The notes under the pieces were generated by a model. The model did not search any database. It was given only the letters and a program-made list of their open reading frames with translations, and was not told the DNA's origin. A DNA stretch of 64,000 bases. Source: a virus (taxonomy: Duplodnaviria; Heunggongvirae; Uroviricota; Caudoviricetes). Within the stretch, counting starts at the first letter, position 1, and every line of letters begins with the position of its first letter. The position numbers were made by a program, and so were the translations under genes. The DNA lies in IMG/VR virus record IMGVR_UViG_3300021963_000087, positions 1 through 64,000 of that record; one strand, given 5' to 3'. Shown here one piece after another: positions 57,523-64,000 of the stretch.

Positions 57523-59250
57523 ATGAGCATGGAATATATATCTCACGAAGATTATAAGAAAATGATGGAGAGTTTTTCTAAAGGAACTCCAAAACAATCT
57601 TTAAACGAAGCTTTGGATCCTGTTGGAAAAGAAGACAGTGACATCGATAATGATGGTGATACTGATAAAACCGATAAGTATTTAGCAAACCGCCGTAAAG
57701 CTGTTGGTAAAGCTATGACTAACGAAGGTGATGATGTAGTTGATACAAAGTTAACTAAAATTGCTGACTTGTATAAGGATAAGGCTATTAAGCACGAAGA
57801 AATTGAAAAGATAGTTAAGGCATTGACTGGACAAGGTCATGAGATTAATGCAAGATACGTTCAAGAGTTTTTAAAAAACCACGACGTTCAATTAGATGAA
57901 TACCAATTTGATCAAATGTATCCAGACGATCCAGGACCATTCGAAGGTAAGAACTTTATGGATCCGGATGAGTCTTATTTCACAATGGCTGTTGCTGAGG
58001 ATTTAGATGGTGGTGATTGGGGATTAAGTCCAGAACAATTAGAAGCTGCACACGAATACTTAGAAGCTAACTACTACGATTTACAAGGAGATTTTGCAAA
58101 CAATCACGAAGTTGGTGGTGGTTCAGGTAGAGCTGCTAGATACATTGTAGATTTAATTAAAAAGCAGAGTCAGGATACGGATTTCACAATTAGAGAGTTC
58201 TTAATGAAAGAAGATGATGTGAATTGGGATAAGGTAGATGATGAAGAAGCTGAAGAGAATCAAACAGATAATGGTATTGAAGAAGGTGTAAACGAAATTG
58301 GAGGTCACGGTGATGCACCTGATGATCCTAAATTACAGGCAGCTGTTAAGTACCTTGTACAAAATAGAGATAAATTTATTACTCAAGATTATTTTTTTCC
58401 ACACGCAATAAGTATTTTAAGCTTAAAATCTGATAAGGACTTATATGATTACGTAGTTAATAACTGGCATTCTGATGGGGTGTATGATACTGTAGCTCAT
58501 ATGAAATCTCAAATAGAAAAAGATATGTATGCTAATACAGATCCTAACATAGCAGATCCTATAAACGAAGGAGTTAACTACGAAGATCCTTATACATTAG
58601 CTAAAGCAGTTGCTGAAGCACATCCTGAATTACAGAGATTTGCATTAGAAGATAGAAAGATGTTCCAAAGAGCTGCATTTAAGTATGCTTCAGAATTAAT
58701 GAAAACAGGCGGTGTTTCTAGTACTGCACAGATTAATTTAATTAACGGTTACGCTGATGAAGATTGGCCTTCTGATTACATTTCTGCTTTAGGAAAAGAA
58801 CTAGAGGGAATGGAAGAAGGCTTACATATGCCTCCATTCCAAGCTACAGGACCTACTATTCAAACAGTAGAGGCAAAGCATGACGTTGCTAAATTAAAAT
58901 CAGAAGAAAGAGATCAACTTAAACAATACATCGAAACTATTAGAACTGTTAAGGAAGAAATTAGTAAGATGTTGAATAAGACTAAAATGAAAGAGGGTGG
59001 TGACAATACCAACTTAATCATGAAGCCTAGCACAGTTAGTGAAGATGAAACAGAGGAAGGTGGAGATAAGCATGAAGCAATTGAAAAAGCTTTAGGACCT
59101 AAGCACCAAGTTATTCATAGCGCAATCGATAAGATTATCCAAACAGTAAAAGATTCTGGATTCTCGGAAGGTGATGCTGCTTTATTCTTGCAGCATGAGA
59201 TTGAAGAGAAGGCTAAAGAGTACACAATGAGTCAGTACGATCCACACTAA
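57523..59250 (+). CDS. large acidic protein (Asp/Glu-rich)
   Basis: 575 aa with a [15 protein letters not shown] segment. Confidence 0.5.
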   Translation: MSMEYISHEDYKKMMESFSKGTPKQSLNEALDPVGKEDSDIDNDGDTDKTDKYLANRRKAVGKAMTNEGDDVVDTKLTKIADLYKDKAIKHEEIEKIVKALTGQGHEINARYVQEFLKNHDVQLDEYQFDQMYPDDPGPFEGKNFMDPDESYFTMAVAEDLDGGDWGLSPEQLEAAHEYLEANYYDLQGDFANNHEVGGGSGRAARYIVDLIKKQSQDTDFTIREFLMKEDDVNWDKVDDEEAEENQTDNGIEEGVNEIGGHGDAPDDPKLQAAVKYLVQNRDKFITQDYFFPHAISILSLKSDKDLYDYVVNNWHSDGVYDTVAHMKSQIEKDMYANTDPNIADPINEGVNYEDPYTLAKAVAEAHPELQRFALEDRKMFQRAAFKYASELMKTGGVSSTAQINLINGYADEDWPSDYISALGKELEGMEEGLHMPPFQATGPTIQTVEAKHDVAKLKSEERDQLKQYIETIRTVKEEISKMLNKTKMKEGGDNTNLIMKPSTVSEDETEEGGDKHEAIEKALGPKHQVIHSAIDKIIQTVKDSGFSEGDAALFLQHEIEEKAKEYTMSQYDPH

Positions 59251-59271
59251 CAATTAAAATAAAACGCAAAG

Positions 59272-59307
59272 ATAGCAGGTCTCAAACAAGAGCCTGCTAT
59301 TTTTTTG
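59272..59307 (+). terminator. rho-independent terminator
   Basis: atagcagg...cctgctat stem followed by ttttttt. Confidence 0.6.
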
Positions 59308-59415
59308 TACCTTATTAATATTAGCTAAAAATCTAATTTGTAAGCGGTTATACTTAAAAAGTTGTCTAGTAAATTAATAGTATGTAATTTTGTAGCAAAT
59401 CTTTAAATAGTAGTT

Positions 59416-59619
59416 ATGTTAAACGAAACAATCAATCAGTCTCAAGTTGAGACACCAGTAACAGTAGGAGTTACTTACAAGGCAAAAAAAGTAGTTAACT
59501 TAAAGGAGTTACCAAAGTTTCAGACTGAGGATACACCTAAAACAAAAAGACGTTACATGTATGAGAAGACAGGTAATTATGTATGCTATGCACGTGCAAA
59601 GCAATTAGGAATTATCTAA
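59416..59619 (+). CDS. hypothetical protein
   Basis: ORF followed by a terminator. Confidence 0.35.
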   Translation: MLNETINQSQVETPVTVGVTYKAKKVVNLKELPKFQTEDTPKTKRRYMYEKTGNYVCYARAKQLGII

Positions 59620-59671
59620 ACATTTCTCAGCTACCCCAACCCACCCCAACCCACCTATTTACTATCTTATT

Positions 59672-59700
59672 GGTCGGGTCTTTCAGACCCGGCCTTTTTT
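59672..59700 (+). terminator. rho-independent terminator
   Basis: ggtcgggtct-ttc-agacccggcc stem followed by tttttt. Preceded by tandem ccccaaccca x2. Confidence 0.65.
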
Positions 59701-59722
59701 CCACTTTTAAATTTATAGACAG

Positions 59723-60061
59723 ATGAGACACGAAGTACTGTTTTTAAACAGCAGAAGAACCTATGTACGTGTAGAGGATACATGGTATGATGTAAACAAA
59801 GAACATAACCCAAAGGTAGGTCAAGGATTCTTACTTGGACAAATAAAAGAAGTTTTGAGTTTCGAAAAATATAAGGAACTTTATCCTGAATCAAAGACTG
59901 AAATGTATTACGACTTTGTAGATAAGACTCACTCAGGTGGCTTCATTAGAAAGGTATCAGACAAGAAATTCCTGCATGGAGAGTATAGTAGAGTAGTTCA
60001 ATACGCAGTTAATCCATTACAGCCTTCCTTGATTTCTAAGAAAGATATTAATTTAAATTAG
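59723..60061 (+). CDS. hypothetical protein
   Basis: ORF in array. Confidence 0.4.
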   Translation: MRHEVLFLNSRRTYVRVEDTWYDVNKEHNPKVGQGFLLGQIKEVLSFEKYKELYPESKTEMYYDFVDKTHSGGFIRKVSDKKFLHGEYSRVVQYAVNPLQPSLISKKDINLN

Positions 60062-60116
60062 TATGTGAGGATCGCTCAAAGAGGGAAACACAACTATTTA
60101 TATCTAAAATAGATAT

Positions 60117-60785
60117 ATGAAAAAGGTAATACTTGTCGTTGGTTTAGCTTTTATTGGCTATATTTTGTTTGATCTAGGTTCAATGAGAGCCTCTTCTAAC
60201 TTCCAGGCTAAGCTTGATAGTTTAGATAAACAGAATGATTCTTTGTATGCTGAAAATGCTAAGGATGATTCTACAATAGCTAAGTTAGCAGCTTTGGATC
60301 AAGAGTTAGAATATAAGTTAGATCACCAAAAGGCTAAGGTAATTAAGATTAAGGAAGTTGTAGAGATAGAAAGAAATAAGATAGACAATCTTAATGAGCA
60401 AGAGCTAGTAAGTTATTTGAATAAACGTTATCCAAAAGATACAGTAACCAATCCACTACCTGTAGCACAACCAGTTCTAGTAGAAGCTTCTAAAGACTTA
60501 GCAGCTTATGATGGAGCAAAGCAAGAGCTTGTAGTTAAAGATAGTGTGATTGCTATACAAGATAGTAGAATCTTTTTTAAGGATAGTACTATTAATCTAT
60601 ATGTAACTAAGGAAGGAAGATTCAAATCAATTATAACTAATCAAGATCTTAAGATTACTGAATGGTCAAAGCAATACAATAATCTTTATCTTGAACACAA
60701 TAAATTAAAACTAAAAAATAAGTTTACTAAGATCGGAGCTGGTGTGATAATTGGCGGTTTAATTTACATGACCATCGCCAAGTAA
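60117..60785 (+). CDS. membrane-anchored coiled-coil protein
   Basis: N-terminal and C-terminal TM helices. Confidence 0.4.
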   Translation: MKKVILVVGLAFIGYILFDLGSMRASSNFQAKLDSLDKQNDSLYAENAKDDSTIAKLAALDQELEYKLDHQKAKVIKIKEVVEIERNKIDNLNEQELVSYLNKRYPKDTVTNPLPVAQPVLVEASKDLAAYDGAKQELVVKDSVIAIQDSRIFFKDSTINLYVTKEGRFKSIITNQDLKITEWSKQYNNLYLEHNKLKLKNKFTKIGAGVIIGGLIYMTIAK

Positions 60786-60832
60786 CAGTTGATTTAACTA
60801 GAAAAATATGGTAAGTTTTATAAAAAGAACTT

Positions 60833-61075
60833 ATGAAGATTACCATCAAATCAACTCTAGCAGACATTGCTCCAGAGGTATACCAAGCTGTTAACTATGA
60901 AACAGCTAAAGCCATTATCCAAGAACATTTAAAGGACTCAACTATAAAAGATGAGGATAGAAAAAAAATGTTGGATGGTGTTAGTAAAATAAATAATTTG
61001 AGACAGGTTCAAACATACTTTTCAAATGCTTTGCTTAAGTATGAAGGAATGTCTTTAAACAACAAAAAAGAATAA
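60833..61075 (+). CDS. hypothetical protein
   Basis: ORF in array. Confidence 0.35.
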   Translation: MKITIKSTLADIAPEVYQAVNYETAKAIIQEHLKDSTIKDEDRKKMLDGVSKINNLRQVQTYFSNALLKYEGMSLNNKKE

Positions 61076-61080
61076 AAGTT

Positions 61081-61506
61081 ATGGCACTACAACCTTACGC
61101 TCCAAAAGCGAGCATAAAGCAAGATCCTACTTTAATGTACAAACTAGGGTACACATCACACAATGATGCAAACAACAGACAGGACATGGACTTCAAAGAT
61201 GGTCGAGTTCCTCTAGGCAGGGATTACGAAGTCACAACCCTCTACTCAAGTTGGGTTACTCCAGAACAAAGATTTCAGTTAGAAGAGTGGTTCAAACAAA
61301 CTTATCATAAGGATGTATGGACTAAGGTGTTTTACAATGGTATAACCGAATGTAGAGCTTTTGGTTACAAAACATCTAAGGAAGTTACAGAATATCTATA
61401 CGAGAAGTTTCCTCCTTACGCACACATAAAAGCAGATGGATTGGATCACGTATACTTTCAAATGCTTAAGTTAAAAACATCTACTACAGCGTTAGCAGCA
61501 AAATAA
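61081..61506 (+). CDS. hypothetical protein
   Basis: ORF in array. Confidence 0.4.
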   Translation: MALQPYAPKASIKQDPTLMYKLGYTSHNDANNRQDMDFKDGRVPLGRDYEVTTLYSSWVTPEQRFQLEEWFKQTYHKDVWTKVFYNGITECRAFGYKTSKEVTEYLYEKFPPYAHIKADGLDHVYFQMLKLKTSTTALAAK

Positions 61507-61513
61507 TAAAACT

Positions 61514-61765
61514 ATGACTAGAGAAGAATTACTAGAAGTATATGAAGGTCTTATTGATGAGAACACAGAGATCTTAATGGCAGATGGTTTTGATGATGCC
61601 ATCATAGGTTTATGTTCTAAGTCAATGAGAGTAATTTATGACTATGATCTTATGATAGAAGTTTTAGAAGATGAAGGAATGACAGAGATAGAAGCAATTG
61701 AGCATTTAGAGTTTAATGTGCTTAATGCTTGGGTTGGAGATCAAACTCCAATCTATATGATATAA
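61514..61765 (+). CDS. hypothetical protein
   Basis: ORF in array. Confidence 0.35.
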   Translation: MTREELLEVYEGLIDENTEILMADGFDDAIIGLCSKSMRVIYDYDLMIEVLEDEGMTEIEAIEHLEFNVLNAWVGDQTPIYMI

Positions 61766-61776
61766 AATAATAAGTT

Positions 61777-62247
61777 ATGCCATACAAAGAAATCGTAAAG
61801 GAGCTAAAAAAGCTCGACCAAGATCAACAAGTAGAGGTAGTCCTTGATGCAGGTAAGAAAGGTTTAGTAGAGGAATGCCAAACCAGAGCAGAGTACGAAG
61901 GCTACTCGGTTAGCTTTCTAGCTTCTACCAATTGGAGATCCTCAGAAGTAAAGACTACAGAGATGTATCTTGAAGATGTAGTGAAGCTCCTAAAGAAAAA
62001 GAAGTTAGCCAAAATGACAGACAGAGACTTCTATGGAATCTACAACGAAGAGTCTTCGGATGGTGGAATGGAGTTTAGTGAAGTTGAGTGGGATGATGAT
62101 ACGCCGGAAGAGATTAAAGAAGAAGCAGACCTATTTGATCTATACTTCAAAGGTGATATAGATTGTGATTGTAGGTTTGAAGGTTTAGTAGGATTAGAAA
62201 TTTATGTAGGCGATGACAGTTACGTAATAACAGAAGAAGATGAATAG
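61777..62247 (+). CDS. acidic hypothetical protein
   Basis: ORF in array. Confidence 0.4.
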   Translation: MPYKEIVKELKKLDQDQQVEVVLDAGKKGLVEECQTRAEYEGYSVSFLASTNWRSSEVKTTEMYLEDVVKLLKKKKLAKMTDRDFYGIYNEESSDGGMEFSEVEWDDDTPEEIKEEADLFDLYFKGDIDCDCRFEGLVGLEIYVGDDSYVITEEDE

Positions 62248-62339
62248 CATTCCTTGGTTAATTGATGGCAGGCTAGGGAAAAAAGTTCCTAGAAAGAAAA
62301 AGAATATTGATATTAATAGTATAACAAAAACAAATACAA

Positions 62340-62501
62340 ATGGCAGAGTTCAAGCAGTACGCAGTAATTGCGTTCCCGGATTTAGATTCTTTAGTAAAGG
62401 AAGTTAACATGCTTTTAACTAGAGGATGGACACCATTGGGTGGATTAACTTTGAAGACAATCGCTTCGGAGACAATCTACTTTCAATCAATGGCGAAGTA
62501 A
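62340..62501 (+). CDS. small hypothetical protein
   Basis: 53 aa ORF, below the track cutoff. Confidence 0.25.
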   Translation: MAEFKQYAVIAFPDLDSLVKEVNMLLTRGWTPLGGLTLKTIASETIYFQSMAK

Positions 62502-62740
62502 GATAATTGAGATCCAAACTTGAGTAACAGAGATCGGTGCGTGGCGATTAAGTATATATATATTTATATTTAATCCTCCCTTCCTTAGGAAGCAGCTGGA
62601 TTAGTGTCTTGGGTTTGGATCTTTTCCTATGGACTATGTACAGTAAACAGTAAAGAGTATGGATAGTGTAGAGATGGAAGCCTTAATAAAGGTATTAACC
62701 CGTATAGAACGTAAATTAGACACAGTAATACGAGCAATAT

Positions 62741-63139
62741 ATGAACACGACGAAGACATCTACGATGAGTATGGAAGATCTCAACGCTGCATTGAAACAG
62801 GACGCAGACGTGAAGCAGATGATCAAGCAGGAGATCTACTGGGAGAATGTGATGATGAATCCAGCCCCTCAAGAGAACAGCCAGGAGCACCAATCGCCAA
62901 CCGAAGTCCCATCGGAGAAGCCAACCCTGCTAGAGGTAATGGAGAGGTTCAGAGGCAAGAATCTATTCCCAGAGGCAACGGAAAGAACAAGAACGTACCT
63001 AGAGAGAATGGGGTTCAACAACATGCCTCATCCAAACCCAATGCCTCCCGCCAACATCACTCAAGAGGAGGTGGACAGAGAGGCTTTAATGGCAATACTC
63101 AAGGGTCAAATCGATGACATAAAAGAAAAAGGAGTTTAA
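62741..63139 (+). CDS. hypothetical protein in GC-rich island (overlaps alternative frame ORF 62659..63117)
   Basis: Non-repetitive protein-like composition. The overlapping frame turns low-complexity after ~40 aa. Confidence 0.4.
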   Translation: MNTTKTSTMSMEDLNAALKQDADVKQMIKQEIYWENVMMNPAPQENSQEHQSPTEVPSEKPTLLEVMERFRGKNLFPEATERTRTYLERMGFNNMPHPNPMPPANITQEEVDREALMAILKGQIDDIKEKGV

Positions 63140-63196
63140 AATAAAAAAAGTTGCCAGCGATGGTGACTTTTCCTATCTTTAGGCAAAATAAATGTT

Positions 63197-63475
63197 ATGA
63201 GAGTTATTTGTATTGAAAGTTCAACGTGGGCATATAGTAAGAGGCCCGAAGAGATTGGTACATTATCAGTTCAAAAAGGATCCATTTACCATGTAACAGG
63301 TTCTGTAGATGCAGAAGAAGTAAGAAAGGATGAGAGGTTTCGCAATGCTGGAGATGGTACTTGGTATGAATTATTAGAACTAACTGGATGGCATCACTCT
63401 ATGAGGTTTCTCGAGATACCTGATGATAGAGTAGAGGAAGCAGTAGATGAATTGGAATTAGTTAAAAGTAATTAG
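63197..63475 (+). CDS. hypothetical protein
   Basis: ORF in array. Confidence 0.4.
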   Translation: MRVICIESSTWAYSKRPEEIGTLSVQKGSIYHVTGSVDAEEVRKDERFRNAGDGTWYELLELTGWHHSMRFLEIPDDRVEEAVDELELVKSN

Positions 63476-63478
63476 AAT

Positions 63479-63742
63479 ATGGTAAAAGTATATCAATATT
63501 CTATAAAGGATGATCCAACCTCTGAGTCTGATTGGGTAGATTGTAATGAGAATGTGTATAAGGAACTTGTAGGATACGGACCAACTAGAATAATTGAGAG
63601 AGAAGCTGTAGTGAATGATTGGGATGATGTGTGGGATGAGTTTAAAACGACTCCTGAATATAGACAATCGATCGCGGCTTTGCAAGTTAGAGCTTACATG
63701 GATTGGTTAAGAAATAATTTTAAAGCACCAGTTAAAAAATAA
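63479..63742 (+). CDS. hypothetical protein
   Basis: ORF in array. Confidence 0.4.
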   Translation: MVKVYQYSIKDDPTSESDWVDCNENVYKELVGYGPTRIIEREAVVNDWDDVWDEFKTTPEYRQSIAALQVRAYMDWLRNNFKAPVKK

Positions 63743-63743
63743 T

Positions 63744-63968
63744 ATGTTAAAGCAAATTAAAAAGTATGTAGTAATAGATCAGGCAGATGACGATACTATT
63801 ATATGCTGTGGTACATTAGATGGTATACATGTTCATTTAGAGAATGAGTATATTGATAAGATGGATCATGATTGGGATACAGATAAGTGGTTAAACACTT
63901 TAACTGTTTATGAGTTAACTAAACCAACTAAACTCAAATACACAAGATCTAAACTAGAAATTAAATAA
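63744..63968 (+). CDS. hypothetical protein
   Basis: ORF in array. Confidence 0.35.
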   Translation: MLKQIKKYVVIDQADDDTIICCGTLDGIHVHLENEYIDKMDHDWDTDKWLNTLTVYELTKPTKLKYTRSKLEIK

Positions 63969-63969
63969 T

Positions 63970-64000
63970 ATGGCAAACGCTAAAGAAGAATTACTATACC
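63970..64000 (+). CDS. hypothetical protein, 3'-partial (runs off window)
   Basis: ATG 63970 (MANAKEELLY...) with no stop before the window end. Confidence 0.25.
   Translation, partial: MANAKEELLY

Noticed and set aside
62627-62893. - strand 88-aa ORF in the GC-rich island
   Set aside because: A GC-rich segment opens all frames. The - strand product is Leu/His/Val-rich low-complexity sequence.

Overview
Every credible gene in this AT-rich (~35% GC) window reads on the + strand, and the content is typical of a large lytic tailed phage. The tmRNA tag sequence and the Bacteroidota-style signal peptides point to a Flavobacteriia host. Main content, in order along the window:

- **Replication and nucleotide metabolism.** A partial 5'-3' flap exonuclease, a DnaB-like helicase, a class II (RTPR-like) ribonucleotide reductase, a family-A DNA polymerase, a dCTP-deaminase-fold protein, and a dNMP-kinase-like domain fused to GTP cyclohydrolase I.
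- **7-deazaguanine DNA-modification genes.** FolE, a QueD-like protein, a QueE-like protein and a DpdA/TGT-like protein are dispersed between 4.5 and 14.4 kb. No QueC homolog is visible. The QueE-like protein has an unusual Cx3Cx2S cluster motif.
- **Chaperone module.** A small heat-shock protein, GroES and GroEL sit together at 18.9-21.5 kb.
- **Exported-protein island (22-29.5 kb).** Signal-peptide and lipoprotein ORFs, a secreted Serratia-type non-specific nuclease, and a Ser/Lys/Glu-rich low-complexity protein.
- **RNA locus (30.8-33.6 kb).** A full-length tmRNA (tag ...GANEYAVAA), a GIY-YIG homing endonuclease, and tRNA-fMet-like(CAT), tRNA-Leu(TAA), tRNA-Ser(TGA) and tRNA-Gln(TTG). Two long (132 and 152 nt) elements have tRNA-like paired termini but no canonical tRNA cloverleaf, and a ~300-nt structured spacer lies downstream of the GIY-YIG gene.
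- **Glycan-biosynthesis locus (35.2-53 kb).** About 18 kb encoding GDP-mannose 4,6-dehydratase, a ColD-like dehydratase with His in place of the catalytic Lys, an Fcl/ColC-like synthase, GT11, a GT2/GT10-like fusion, GT4 and other GT2 enzymes, an RmlB-like 4,6-dehydratase, further epimerase/reductases, a methyltransferase and a split transketolase. This cluster is far larger than is usual for a phage and is the most striking feature of the window.
- **Other.** Several HNH homing endonucleases, a Cas4-like nuclease, and a small GC-rich (~50%) island with overlapping ORFs near 62.7-63.1 kb.

No CRISPR array was seen. No ORF on the - strand is credible.
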